A stretch of 64,000 nucleotides of DNA from an uncultured Mycoplasma sp. GTDB lineage: Bacteria > Bacillota_I > Bacilli_A > RF39 > UBA660. Under the pieces are notes generated by a model. It had not been told where the DNA came from. It ran no database searches and saw nothing but the letters and a program-made list of their open reading frames with translations. Below are positions 48,240 to 57,496 of the stretch, one piece after another (within the stretch, counting starts at the first letter, position 1; each line of letters opens with the position of its first letter). The position numbers and the translations under genes are program-made. The stretch spans positions 14,001-78,000 of the forward strand of contig CAMNSE010000002.1 of assembly GCA_946554525.1 (NCBI GenBank), written 5' to 3'.

Positions 48240-48268
48240 TTGACTTTATCATTTGTTTTTGATATATT
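48240..48268 (+). promoter_or_regulatory. promoter of tRNA-Arg (TTGACT-17 nt-TGA-TATATT)
   Basis: TTGACT at 48240-48245 and TATATT at 48263-48268 preceded by TGA. Confidence 0.55.
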
Positions 48269-48283
48269 GTTAATGTTCTAGTT

Positions 48284-48360
48284 GTCTCCGTAGCTCAGCT
48301 GGATAGAGCAATCGCCTTCTAAGCGATCGGTCAGGTGTTCGAATCACCTCGGAGACACCA
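48284..48360 (+). tRNA. tRNA-Arg (anticodon UCU), CCA encoded
   Basis: GTCTCCGTAGCTCAGCTGGATAGAGCAATCGC-CTTCTAA-GCGATCGGTCAGGTGTTCGAATCACCTCGGAGACACCA. Confidence 0.92.
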
Positions 48361-48371
48361 TTAAAAAAATT

Positions 48372-48396
48372 AACCCACTTAAAAATGGGTTTTTTT
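48372..48396. terminator. bidirectional terminator (tRNA-Arg and the convergent 144-aa gene)
   Basis: AACCCA-cttaaaaa-TGGGTT flanked by an A-run and a T-run. Confidence 0.7.
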
Positions 48397-48405
48397 ATTG
48401 CCCAT

Positions 48406-48840
48406 TTATCTGCTCTTACCCTTATGATTGCCTCTTATATTCATTTTTTCTTCTTTTTTTATTTCTATATCTACTAATTTTATTTTAATATCTTTTTGAA
48501 GCATGACTAATTTTTTTATTAGCTTTGCCTCTGCATCCGATTTTAAATATATATGATATTTTGTTTCAATAATATTTTTAAGCCTAGCAATTTCATCTAA
48601 AGCTATTCTTAAATTTCCACTAGATTCTTCATCATTTTCACTGGATAAAATTAATTCTAAAATCTTTTTATATTTTTTATTAAAGTTATAGGAAATTAGT
48701 CCAAATATAATATCAGAATTTACTATTGTAATTTCTTTAATATTTGGCTTTTTTGTTTTATATACAAATCCATCAACGTTAAAGTCAAACTCATCAAATT
48801 CTAATTCATGTTCTAACTCTTTAATTAAAAAACTTTTCAT
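48406..48840 (-). CDS. hypothetical protein (144 aa) in the position where rplS usually follows trmD
   Basis: ORF 10 nt downstream of trmD. Predicted coiled-coil and basic C-terminus. No motif recognised. Confidence 0.4.
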   Translation of the reverse strand: MKSFLIKELEHELEFDEFDFNVDGFVYKTKKPNIKEITIVNSDIIFGLISYNFNKKYKKILELILSSENDEESSGNLRIALDEIARLKNIIETKYHIYLKSDAEAKLIKKLVMLQKDIKIKLVDIEIKKEEKMNIRGNHKGKSR

Positions 48841-48850
48841 ACTACTTCAC

Positions 48851-49516
48851 CTACTTTAATAAATCTGGTCTTTTTTCTTTTGTTACTCTTAAACTTTCAC
48901 TTTTACGATATTCTAAAATTTTTTTATGATCACCGCTTAGAAGGACATCAGGAACTGTATATCCTCTAAACTCTCTTGGCTTTGTATAATTGGGATAATC
49001 AAGTAAATTGTTTTTAAAAGATTCATTCATAAATGACTCTTCTTTTATTACACCAGGAACAAAACGAGATATTGCATCAAGAATTGCAAGGGCTGGAATT
49101 TCTCCTCCTGTTAAAACAAAATCTCCAATACTAATACTTCCGTCTACAAAGTTTTTAATTCTTTCATCAAATCCTTCATAATGACCACATACTAAAATTA
49201 AATGCTTTGTATTTAAATATAACTCGCTCGCTACAGAATCATTAAATGTAATGCCATCCGGAGACATTAAATATACTTTTGAATTTTCCTTTCTAACAGA
49301 TTCAATTGCCCTTACAACTGGCTCACACATTAATACCATTCCTGATCCTCCTCCATAAGGAGTATCATCTACTTGTCCATTTTTTAAAAGGGTGAAATCG
49401 CGGATATTTACAACATTAACTTCAATATTACCAGCATCAATAGCCCGCTTTAATATGCTTTCATTAATATAACCATATATAATATCAGGAAAAAGCGTTA
49501 AAATATCAAATCTCAT
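48851..49516 (-). CDS. trmD: tRNA (guanine37-N1)-methyltransferase
   Basis: MRFDILTLFPD..., GGGSGMVL and VCGHYEGFDERI motifs. Confidence 0.93.
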   Translation of the reverse strand: MRFDILTLFPDIIYGYINESILKRAIDAGNIEVNVVNIRDFTLLKNGQVDDTPYGGGSGMVLMCEPVVRAIESVRKENSKVYLMSPDGITFNDSVASELYLNTKHLILVCGHYEGFDERIKNFVDGSISIGDFVLTGGEIPALAILDAISRFVPGVIKEESFMNESFKNNLLDYPNYTKPREFRGYTVPDVLLSGDHKKILEYRKSESLRVTKEKRPDLLK

Positions 49517-50004
49517 AATATCAGTTCCTTTGCATGACTTACATAAATTGTTTTATTTTTTAAATCAACTTCTTTTATATAATTACTATTATAAGGTATA
49601 TAATAATGTTTTTCAAACTTTATTGACAACAATATTTGATTTTTATTTTTAATTACGTCTTCAATAACACCATATTCATTATTTTCACTAATAATTTTAA
49701 AACCTAATAGATCATCTAAAACATATTCATCTTCTTTTAAATCTAAATCATTTCTATCAATATAAACATTTAATCCTTTATATTTTATTACTTCATTAAT
49801 ATCATTAATTTCTTTTAAAGTAACCATATCATAATTTTTATGTATACGATATGTTTCAATAATTTCTTTTTTATAACGCCCTCCTATATAAATAGGGAAA
49901 TTTTTTTTGAATACTAAATCTTTTTTATCAAAATCACTAATTATTCTGATTTCACCTTTAATACCATGAGTATTTACTATTTTTCCTAAATACAAATATT
50001 CCAT
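49513..50004 (-). CDS. rimM: 16S rRNA processing protein RimM
   Basis: LGKIVNTHGIKGEIRI N-terminus with a PRC-barrel C-terminus. Overlaps trmD by 4 nt. Confidence 0.88.
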   Translation of the reverse strand: MEYLYLGKIVNTHGIKGEIRIISDFDKKDLVFKKNFPIYIGGRYKKEIIETYRIHKNYDMVTLKEINDINEVIKYKGLNVYIDRNDLDLKEDEYVLDDLLGFKIISENNEYGVIEDVIKNKNQILLSIKFEKHYYIPYNSNYIKEVDLKNKTIYVSHAKELIL

Positions 50005-50345
50005 TAGCGGCCTCTTCTATGATGTTCAGTAGGCATGGTAGAAATAATAAATGATACTCCAGATGATGTAATTCTTGTACTAACCCCACTAACAGGACTC
50101 CCAGATAATTGGAGAACTTCAAATAATAATTTATTATAATTAGAAATTTTTGTTAAAATAGTTGGATTATCACTATATTTTTGGTCAACATCTTCAATAT
50201 ATACATCAGATATATCTATTTTTTTATTACTTTTGCTCAAATAGCGTTTTATTCGAGCATGTTCTGAAAATCCATTTTCTTTTAAAAACGAAAGAACTAT
50301 CTCATCAGCCTTATTAAGAGATATTTCAAATTGCATACTCATCAC
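50004..50345 (-). CDS. hypothetical protein (113 aa), translationally coupled on both sides
   Basis: The start overlaps the methyltransferase stop (ATGA) and the stop overlaps the rimM start. No motif recognised. It occupies the position where rpsP or a KH-domain protein normally precedes rimM. Confidence 0.4.
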   Translation of the reverse strand: MMSMQFEISLNKADEIVLSFLKENGFSEHARIKRYLSKSNKKIDISDVYIEDVDQKYSDNPTILTKISNYNKLLFEVLQLSGSPVSGVSTRITSSGVSFIISTMPTEHHRRGR

Positions 50346-51064
50346 CTCATCATTTCATAAAATATTATACTAGCCGCAACTCCAGCATTTAGGGATTCAC
50401 AATTATCAATTGGAATATAAATAAATTCGTCACAATCTTTATTATATTTCGGATTCATACCTTTTCCTTCATTGCCAATTATTATAGCAGTTTTTTGAGG
50501 AAAATCAATCATTTTTAAGGCTTTTCCATTTTGAACGTTTGTCCCATAAACATAATAGCCATTTTCTTTTAACTTAGAGATTTCTGTCCGTAAATCACCA
50601 CGAATAAAATTCATATTAAATAACATTCCTTCTGTTGAACGAATAACTTTTTCATTATATAAATCGACAGTATTATTACTCATAATAATTGTATCAATTG
50701 AAAATGCCTTTGCACTTCTAATAATTGTTCCAAGATTACCTGGATCTTGAATATCATCTAAGATACATACACTTCCTAAAATGTCTCTTTCTTCCAACTT
50801 TTTACATACCGCCATAACTTGAGGATAAGTAACTTGATTAGAAAGCTTTTTCATAATGCCTGCTGTTACTTCATAAAAATCTATTCCTTCAACTTTATAA
50901 GAAGCATCTAACGCTATTATTTCCACTACATGATTAGACAATAATGCTTCTTTTACCAAATGATCTCCTTCAACTAGAAAAAAGCCAAGTTGATCACGAT
51001 ATTTCTTTTCTTTTAATTTATTCCACTCTTTTACTTTGGAATTATTAATTGATTCTATTTTCAT
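50342..51064 (-). CDS. SpoU/TrmH-family RNA 2'-O-methyltransferase
   Basis: LDDIQDPGNLGTIIRSA, IIGNEGKGM and ESLNAGVAASIIFYE motifs. Confidence 0.85.
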   Translation of the reverse strand: MKIESINNSKVKEWNKLKEKKYRDQLGFFLVEGDHLVKEALLSNHVVEIIALDASYKVEGIDFYEVTAGIMKKLSNQVTYPQVMAVCKKLEERDILGSVCILDDIQDPGNLGTIIRSAKAFSIDTIIMSNNTVDLYNEKVIRSTEGMLFNMNFIRGDLRTEISKLKENGYYVYGTNVQNGKALKMIDFPQKTAIIIGNEGKGMNPKYNKDCDEFIYIPIDNCESLNAGVAASIIFYEMMR

Positions 51065-51693
51065 CAGCTTCTGAGCTCCTTTCTTGCCTTTTTATATTCT
51101 GGATAATACTTTGCTACTAAATTCCAGAAATATTTACTATGATCATGATATGTAAAGTGAGCAAATTCATGCACAATAACATAATCTAACAAAGTTTTAT
51201 CATATTTAATAAGATCAAAATTTAAAGTTACAATCTTTTTAACAAAGTTACAAACTCCCCATCTTGTTTTCATTTTCCTAATTTTTAAAGTAAAATCTGG
51301 TACATTTTCATAATTTATTTTAATTTTATTGCTTTCTTCTTTAAAAACTCTTTCTGCCTCATCTTTAAAAAATGCTTCTAATTTTTTTTCATTTTTGACA
51401 AAAATCATATCCTTATCTATAATGACTTTTAAAATATTTGGATCATATACAACGCAATATTTTTTACCCCAAAGCCATGTTTCGCTGTTTTTTATACTCT
51501 TTTCTTTTTCCTTTGCAATCATTTTTGCTAAAGATTGCTCATTTTTATAAATTAATTCCAAAATCTTTTTTTCGCTTACATAAGAATTAGCAGTAACTAC
51601 TAAATGTCCATTACATATACGAAAATATATGTTTTTATTATTCTTTCTAACAATTTGTAGTGGTATGACTTCATTTTTAATTGTGACTTCCAT
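51064..51693 (-). CDS. YgjP-like (DUF45/M48-type) metal-dependent hydrolase
   Basis: C-terminal VIVHEFAHFTYHDHSKYFW HExxH motif. About 209 aa. Confidence 0.75.
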   Translation of the reverse strand: MEVTIKNEVIPLQIVRKNNKNIYFRICNGHLVVTANSYVSEKKILELIYKNEQSLAKMIAKEKEKSIKNSETWLWGKKYCVVYDPNILKVIIDKDMIFVKNEKKLEAFFKDEAERVFKEESNKIKINYENVPDFTLKIRKMKTRWGVCNFVKKIVTLNFDLIKYDKTLLDYVIVHEFAHFTYHDHSKYFWNLVAKYYPEYKKARKELRS

Positions 51694-51744
51694 AAAATAT
51701 CACCATCTACATTATATCTTAAAAATTGCAATTTATAAAGTATT

Positions 51745-51779
51745 AAAAATAGATTAAGAAAATCCTTAATCTATTTTTT
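51745..51779 (-). terminator. terminator after serS
   Basis: ATAGATTAAG-6 nt-CTTAATCTAT flanked by an A-run and a T-run. Confidence 0.75.
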
Positions 51780-51861
51780 CATTATAATATTAATTTTATT
51801 TATCATTATTGTCGGAAAATAATTTAATCATTTTTCTTCTTCGATTCTATTTTATTATTAT

Positions 51862-53145
51862 TTACTTTACTTCTATTACTTCCATGCCACCCATATATGG
51901 TTGCAATACTTTAGGGATCTTAATACTGCCACCATTTTGATAATTATTTTCTACAACTGCAATTAATCCTCTTGGCGTTGCAACTACAGTATTATTTAAA
52001 GTAGATACATATTTGTTGCCATCTTTAGTTTTCATACGAATTCCGAGACGTCTTGCCTGAGCCTCACCTAGAGTTGAACAAGAACCAACCTCGAAATATT
52101 TTTGCTGTCTTGGGCTCCAAGCTTCTACATCACAAGATTTTACTTTAAGGTCAGCTAAATCGCCACTACAACATTCAAGAGTTCTTACTGGAACGTCTAA
52201 ACTTCTAAAGAATTCAACGGTATATTTCCACATTTTATTATACCAATCCATAGCTTCTTCAGGCTTACACAAAACAACCATCTCTTGCTTTTCAAATTGA
52301 TGGACACGATACAATCCGCGTTCCTCAATACCATGGCTTCCGCCTTCTTTTCTAAAACAAGGAGAATAAGATGTTAAAGTAATTGGTAAGCTTTCCTCTT
52401 TTACAATTTGATCTTTAAAGCGTCCAATCATGGAATGTTCACTTGTACCAATTAAGAACAAATCTTCTCCTTCAATTTTATACATCATTGCTTCCATTTC
52501 TTTAAAAGACATAACACCAGTTACAACATCACTCCTTATCATAAATGGTGGAAGACAATAAGTAAAACCTTTATCAATCATGAAATCTCTAGCATAACTA
52601 AGCATAGCACTGTGAAGTCTTGCTATATCTCCTGTTAAAAAATAGAAACCATTACCACTAGTTCTTCCAGCACTATCTTTATCAAGGCCATTAAGTTTTT
52701 CAATAATATCAGCATGATACGGAATTTCATAATCTGGTACTACAGGTTCCCCAAAACGTTCTATTTCAACATTTTCAAAGTCATCTTTACCAATTGGCAC
52801 AGACTCATCAATTATTTGAGGAATAACCATCATTTTTTCTTTAATAGAACTAGCAAGTTCTTCTTCCAAAGTTTCTAGTTCCGCTATTTTATTAGCATAA
52901 TTTTGAACTTTTTCTTTAGTCTCCATCGCTTCGTCTTTTTTACCTTCACGCATTAAAGCGCCAATTAATTCGCTTACTTTATTTTTCTCACTACGAAGTA
53001 TATCGGCATTTTTCTTTGCTTCACGATACTTAATATCAAGTTCATAAACTTCATCAACTATAGGAATTTTTTCTTCTTGAAATTTCTTTCTAATATTCTC
53101 TTTTACTAAATCTCTGTTCTCTCTTATCAAATTAATATCAATCAT
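51862..53145 (-). CDS. serS: serine--tRNA ligase
   Basis: 427 aa. N-terminal coiled-coil arm, then FRKEGGSHG..RVHQFEK and GSCSTLGEAQARR. Confidence 0.93.
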   Translation of the reverse strand: MIDINLIRENRDLVKENIRKKFQEEKIPIVDEVYELDIKYREAKKNADILRSEKNKVSELIGALMREGKKDEAMETKEKVQNYANKIAELETLEEELASSIKEKMMVIPQIIDESVPIGKDDFENVEIERFGEPVVPDYEIPYHADIIEKLNGLDKDSAGRTSGNGFYFLTGDIARLHSAMLSYARDFMIDKGFTYCLPPFMIRSDVVTGVMSFKEMEAMMYKIEGEDLFLIGTSEHSMIGRFKDQIVKEESLPITLTSYSPCFRKEGGSHGIEERGLYRVHQFEKQEMVVLCKPEEAMDWYNKMWKYTVEFFRSLDVPVRTLECCSGDLADLKVKSCDVEAWSPRQQKYFEVGSCSTLGEAQARRLGIRMKTKDGNKYVSTLNNTVVATPRGLIAVVENNYQNGGSIKIPKVLQPYMGGMEVIEVK

Positions 53146-53207
53146 TTTTCCATCCTTCTTTCTAAAACTTTAATTGATTTTAAAACCATATTAAAATATT
53201 TCTTCAT
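53142..53207 (-). CDS. possible 21-codon upstream ORF between the T-box terminator and serS
   Basis: AAGGAGG lies 5 nt before the ATG. The translation is MKKYFNMVLKSIKVLERRMEK. Its TGA overlaps the serS ATG (ATGA). Confidence 0.25.
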   Translation of the reverse strand: MKKYFNMVLKSIKVLERRMEK

Positions 53208-53429
53208 ATCTTCCTCCTTAAAAATAAAACCACATTACTTACTTCTAGGAGCAAATAATGCGGTACCATCCTTAATTTCACTTAATTATTGATAACGCGT
53301 AAAACAAGATTTACGCGGGAGTGATTAGCTCCACTAAGAAGTAGATTTCACATAGCTTGTTATCCATTTGCACCAACCATGAACTCTCTTTAAACAAAGA
53401 ACCATATTACTTATCTTCTTTTCGCTTTC
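53146..53429 (-). promoter_or_regulatory. T-box riboswitch leader of serS (specifier UCU, Ser)
   Basis: T-box GGAUGGUACCGC. Stem I elements AGAGAG and GGUUGGUGCAAAU. The specifier loop reads GAAA-UCU-A (53343-53345). The terminator is CCGCAUUAUUU...AAGUAAUGUGG followed by UUUUAUUUUU. Confidence 0.85.
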
Positions 53430-53435
53430 TATATC

Positions 53436-53464
53436 ATTTTAGCACACTTTATTTTTGATTACAA
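53436..53464 (-). promoter_or_regulatory. promoter of the serS leader (TTGTAA-17 nt-TGC-TAAAAT)
   Basis: On the minus strand, TTGTAA at 53464-53459 and TAAAAT at 53441-53436 preceded by TGC. Confidence 0.5.
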
Positions 53465-53491
53465 CTACTAAAATAAAATAATATAAAAAAG

Positions 53492-53917
53492 TTATTTTAG
53501 ACTATCTAAAATAACTTTTTCAACTCCCCGATATGGAAGAGTAGCACAAGTCTTTCTATTTCCTTGTTTATAAATATCACTATAGCAGCTTCCTTCTTCA
53601 AGTAAAACTTCGTTATATTCTAACCCATCAGTCATAAGATAAAATTCATTTATATACTCTAATGCTTCTTGTTTTGTTTTACCAACTAGTTTCTCTATCA
53701 TAATAGAAGTAGAAGAAATAGAAATAGCACAAGCTTCTCCTTCAAAAGCAATATCCTCGATAACATCTCCATTAAATTTAATAAATATATCTAAGTTATC
53801 AATACAAGAAGCATTCCTAGTATTAGTTTTAATATAAGTGTCGTCATTTATTATTTTTCGATTATTAGGATGCAAATAATTTTCCATAATAATTTCTCTT
53901 TTTGTTTCTTGATCCAT
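53492..53917 (-). CDS. sufU: SUF-system Fe-S scaffold/sulfur acceptor SufU
   Basis: NASCIDNL, EGEACAISISSTS and RKTCATLP cysteine motifs. 141 aa. Confidence 0.88.
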   Translation of the reverse strand: MDQETKREIIMENYLHPNNRKIINDDTYIKTNTRNASCIDNLDIFIKFNGDVIEDIAFEGEACAISISSTSIMIEKLVGKTKQEALEYINEFYLMTDGLEYNEVLLEEGSCYSDIYKQGNRKTCATLPYRGVEKVILDSLK

Positions 53918-55114
53918 TTATATCATCTCTTTTTCAATTTTGTTATAGTCGCTTAATAACTCTACCAAAGCATCAATTTCTTCATAAGTATTATAAAAAT
54001 ATAAACTTACACGAATAGTATTGGTAACTCCTACACTAGTTTTTAAATTTTTAGAACAATGATCCCCAGCTCGAACACAAATATTATATTTATTTAAGTA
54101 ATACGCAACATCTTGACTAAAAATGCCATTTACATTAAATGCTACTATTCCACTGTCACTCTCAATATTAATAATATCAATATGTTTAATAGGAATTAAC
54201 TTTTCAACTAAATATTTTCTTAAGGCATGCTCATAATGTTCAATATTTTCCATTCCAATACTTTCTAAATATTTTATAGCAGCCCCTAATCCTAATACTC
54301 CAGCAATATTAGGAGTTCCAGCTTCAAGCTTTGCCGGTAGAGGTTTATAATACATTGATTCTGGTGTATCAAATGATTCATTCATTCCACCACCTAAATT
54401 TTGAGGTTCTAAATGCTCTAATAATTCTTTTTTCCCATATAGTACGCCAATACCTGTTGGACCACCTAATTTATGACCTGAGAATGCTAAAAAATCAATA
54501 TCCAAATCATTCACATCAACTTTAGTATGAGGAACCATTTGAGCTCCATCCATTACCACAAATATATTATTATCATGAGCCAATTTAGTAATTTCTTTAA
54601 TTGGCCGTTTATCTCCTATTACATTTGTAATGCCAGCTAAACTAATTACTTTTGTTTCTTTTGTCATAGATTTTTTAACGTTATCTAGTGTTACATAATA
54701 GTTCTCATCAAGGGGAATATCCTTTACTACAACACCTAATTTTTTCGCAAGTCTAAACCATGGCATGACATTAGATGCATGTTCACTTGTAGTAATTAAT
54801 ACTTCATCTCCAGCTTCTAAAACATTACTAAAAAATCCATTAATTATCATATTTAAAGAATCGGTAGTGCCACTTGTAAAAATTATTTCTTCTAGGCTAT
54901 CAGCATTAATAAATTCGCGTACTGTTTCTCTTGCATCTGCATATTCTTGATCTACTCTAAAAGATAAATCATAATCTCCTCGATGAGCATTAACAGAATA
55001 GTTAGTATAATAATCAGTTATTTTGTCAATTACACACTTAGGTTTTAAAGCTGTAGCACTATTATCAAAATATATAATATCTTGCTTTAATAATGGAAAA
55101 TCTTCTCTATTCAA
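53918..55114 (-). CDS. sufS: cysteine desulfurase SufS (class II aminotransferase V)
   Basis: FSGHKLGGPTGIG PLP-lysine region and RAGDHCS active-site cysteine loop. 398 aa. Confidence 0.92.
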   Translation of the reverse strand: MNREDFPLLKQDIIYFDNSATALKPKCVIDKITDYYTNYSVNAHRGDYDLSFRVDQEYADARETVREFINADSLEEIIFTSGTTDSLNMIINGFFSNVLEAGDEVLITTSEHASNVMPWFRLAKKLGVVVKDIPLDENYYVTLDNVKKSMTKETKVISLAGITNVIGDKRPIKEITKLAHDNNIFVVMDGAQMVPHTKVDVNDLDIDFLAFSGHKLGGPTGIGVLYGKKELLEHLEPQNLGGGMNESFDTPESMYYKPLPAKLEAGTPNIAGVLGLGAAIKYLESIGMENIEHYEHALRKYLVEKLIPIKHIDIINIESDSGIVAFNVNGIFSQDVAYYLNKYNICVRAGDHCSKNLKTSVGVTNTIRVSLYFYNTYEEIDALVELLSDYNKIEKEMI

Positions 55115-55790
55115 TATTTATCACCTCCGTTTTTATATATTCCTTATTTATTTCATCACATACTTGTGAAGCAAAACCAATAGTTAAAAGCTTTTTAGCA
55201 GTATCTATACTTAATCCTTTACTAGTTAAATAAAATAAATCCTCTAGGGCAAATGATCCTATTGTAACTAAATGATTAGCCATTACTTCACTTGTATAAA
55301 TCTCCATATTAGGACTAATTTTTATTTCATCATTTTGGATAATAAGCCCTTTTAAATCTTCTAAAAGTTCATTATCACATGTATTTTTAAGTACAATTCC
55401 ATTACAAATAAAATTTATTTTATCTTCTTTAGTTCTATTAATAATTCTTACTTTCAACTTAGCACTACTTCTATTACCACGCATTTTAACATTTAATTTC
55501 ACGGTATTTTTACCGCAATTAATAATAAGCCATTCAAAGTCTACATAAGAATCATCTTGAATTAAAATAGTTAGCTCACTATTATCATTAATATAATCTA
55601 TTTTATGAAATATAAGTCTACTATTATTATGAATTTTAATATTTAAATTACTATTATTTTCATTTACATGATATAAAATAACTTCTCCATTAATTTCAAC
55701 GTTACGATTATTTAAAGCATCAATAAAATAAGTCCCACTATTTATAATATTTATATCCTCTACCAATAATATTTTATTCATGAGACTCAT
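55107..55790 (-). CDS. short SufB/SufD-family protein (227 aa)
   Basis: The C-terminal core NMEIYTSEVMANHLVTIGSFALEDLFYLTSKGLSIDTAKKLLTIGF matches the SufBD signature. The N-terminal half of canonical SufD/SufB is absent. Confidence 0.7.
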   Translation of the reverse strand: MSLMNKILLVEDINIINSGTYFIDALNNRNVEINGEVILYHVNENNSNLNIKIHNNSRLIFHKIDYINDNSELTILIQDDSYVDFEWLIINCGKNTVKLNVKMRGNRSSAKLKVRIINRTKEDKINFICNGIVLKNTCDNELLEDLKGLIIQNDEIKISPNMEIYTSEVMANHLVTIGSFALEDLFYLTSKGLSIDTAKKLLTIGFASQVCDEINKEYIKTEVINIE

Positions 55791-56538
55791 TCCTACTAAT
55801 CATATTCGCCCTATCAAAAGCGTCAAATCCATTTTTCTCTATTTCTTCTACCAAAGTTTTATCGCTTGATTTTATAATATGACCATTTTTTAATATATGA
55901 ACTTGATAATCATCAAAATATTTTAATATATCTCCATGATGAGTAACAATTAAAATAGATGGATGCTTTTCTTCGTAATACTTTCTTAACGCTTCCCCCA
56001 CATTTTTTAGGGCATCTACATCGAGTCCTGAATCAATTTCATCTAATATAATAAAGTTTGGTTCTAGTAAAAATAAATGCAATAACTCATTTTTCTTTTT
56101 TTCTCCACCACTCATATTAAAATTAATATCACGATAAACAAATTCTTTTGATAATCCTATAATCTTACATACATCATTTAGCTTTTTATTAAAAGAAAAT
56201 ATATCTACTTTTTCTCCTGTTTTTTCTCCAATTGCATTTCGAATCATTTCTGAATTTGTAATTCCTTCTATTTCAGTTGGCAATTGATTTAATAAAAATA
56301 TTCCTTCACGAGCAATATCGGTTGTAGTCATATTAATTAAATCTTTATTATTATAAAAAATATTTCCACTATTTACGATATAATCAGGATGATGCAATAA
56401 AACTTTACAAATTGTACTCTTTCCAGCTCCATTAGGACCCATTAAAACATGAATTTCTCCATCAGATATATCTAAATTAAAATCTTTTAAGATTTCTTTA
56501 TCTTCTGCTTTTACAATTAAGTTTTTTATTTGTAACAT
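55774..56538 (-). CDS. sufC: Fe-S cluster assembly ATPase SufC
   Basis: GPNGAGKST Walker A, MSGGEKKKNELL signature and ILDEIDSGLD Walker B. I placed the start at the ATG at 56538, after GGTGG. Confidence 0.92.
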   Translation of the reverse strand: MLQIKNLIVKAEDKEILKDFNLDISDGEIHVLMGPNGAGKSTICKVLLHHPDYIVNSGNIFYNNKDLINMTTTDIAREGIFLLNQLPTEIEGITNSEMIRNAIGEKTGEKVDIFSFNKKLNDVCKIIGLSKEFVYRDINFNMSGGEKKKNELLHLFLLEPNFIILDEIDSGLDVDALKNVGEALRKYYEEKHPSILIVTHHGDILKYFDDYQVHILKNGHIIKSSDKTLVEEIEKNGFDAFDRANMISRNESHE

Positions 56539-56578
56539 AAAAACCACCATAGATATTGTATCATAGATAGAAAAATAA

Positions 56579-57406
56579 TTAAAGTTCTAAATTAACTCTC
56601 ATAGAACGCTTTTCTAATGTTCTTGCCATGACATTTAAATCTATAGAACTGCTGTTTTCAAAACACTTAATAGTATACTCTTTTGGTTTATTAACGCCAC
56701 CAATTAAACTCATAATTGTATTTCCTGAAACTTGGCTTAAAACATAACTTTGAACAAAGCCTTTTTGAAATACATATTCATCTAATAAAACTTCTTGAGA
56801 ATCAGTTATAAGAAATACTCTTACATATGAATTCATATTTTTTTCTAATAAAGATTGTGAAGTATAAAATCTACGTAAATATAGTTTTCTTAAAGAAGAA
56901 ATATCGCTATCTTTTTTTATAAATTGAAAGAAGTCTGTATCTATAAAAGATTCTATTTCATAAGGAACTTCAAATTGAAATTTTTTGTTTCCAATTATTA
57001 CCGATATAAATATAGTATGATTTGCTTCTCTTTCAATAATCTTTTTTTCTTTCGTATTTAATTCATATTTAATAAGCCTAGCATCATACCCGCTTGAGTT
57101 TTGTGAACAAGAAAATAATAATGATTCTTCTGCACTTATAAGCTCAATACTCCCAACAGCAATTTTAACAGTTATATTTTGCTTTCTATTTTTTAAATCT
57201 GCTGCTAATAACGTAATAATTGGGTTATTATTGCATACTTCTTCTTTCACGAAGCTTAAAAAAACTTTATTACCATGAAAGAAATAACCAATAATATTAG
57301 ATAGGATAACAAAGGATTCTTGATAATTATATATGTAATTATTTAATGAAGAATCATAGTAAAGTACATAATCTAATTCTTTTGGAAATGTATAATCTCT
57401 ACGCAT
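56579..57406 (-). CDS. hypothetical protein (275 aa)
   Basis: AAGGAGGG SD and an extended -10 (TGCTAGAAT) upstream. No motif, TM helix or signal peptide recognised. Confidence 0.45.
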   Translation of the reverse strand: MRRDYTFPKELDYVLYYDSSLNNYIYNYQESFVILSNIIGYFFHGNKVFLSFVKEEVCNNNPIITLLAADLKNRKQNITVKIAVGSIELISAEESLLFSCSQNSSGYDARLIKYELNTKEKKIIEREANHTIFISVIIGNKKFQFEVPYEIESFIDTDFFQFIKKDSDISSLRKLYLRRFYTSQSLLEKNMNSYVRVFLITDSQEVLLDEYVFQKGFVQSYVLSQVSGNTIMSLIGGVNKPKEYTIKCFENSSSIDLNVMARTLEKRSMRVNLEL

Positions 57407-57464
57407 TATTATCCCTCCTTTTTAATTAAAACTTATTCTAGCACATAATTAACAAATTTAAAAG

Positions 57465-57496
57465 AAAAAAAAATGCTACTTATTACTTTGTAGCAT
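57465..57496 (-). terminator. terminator of the 140-aa gene
   Basis: On the minus strand, AUGCUAC-10 nt-GUAGCAU followed by a 9-nt U-run. The stop codon lies in the stem. Confidence 0.7.

Noticed and set aside
56579-57406. The 275-aa ORF upstream of sufC as the missing SufB
   Set aside because: It shows no SufBD signature (no beta-helix repeat pattern or C-terminal GF motif). sufC also has its own extended -10 (TGATACAAT) and SD, so co-function is not supported.
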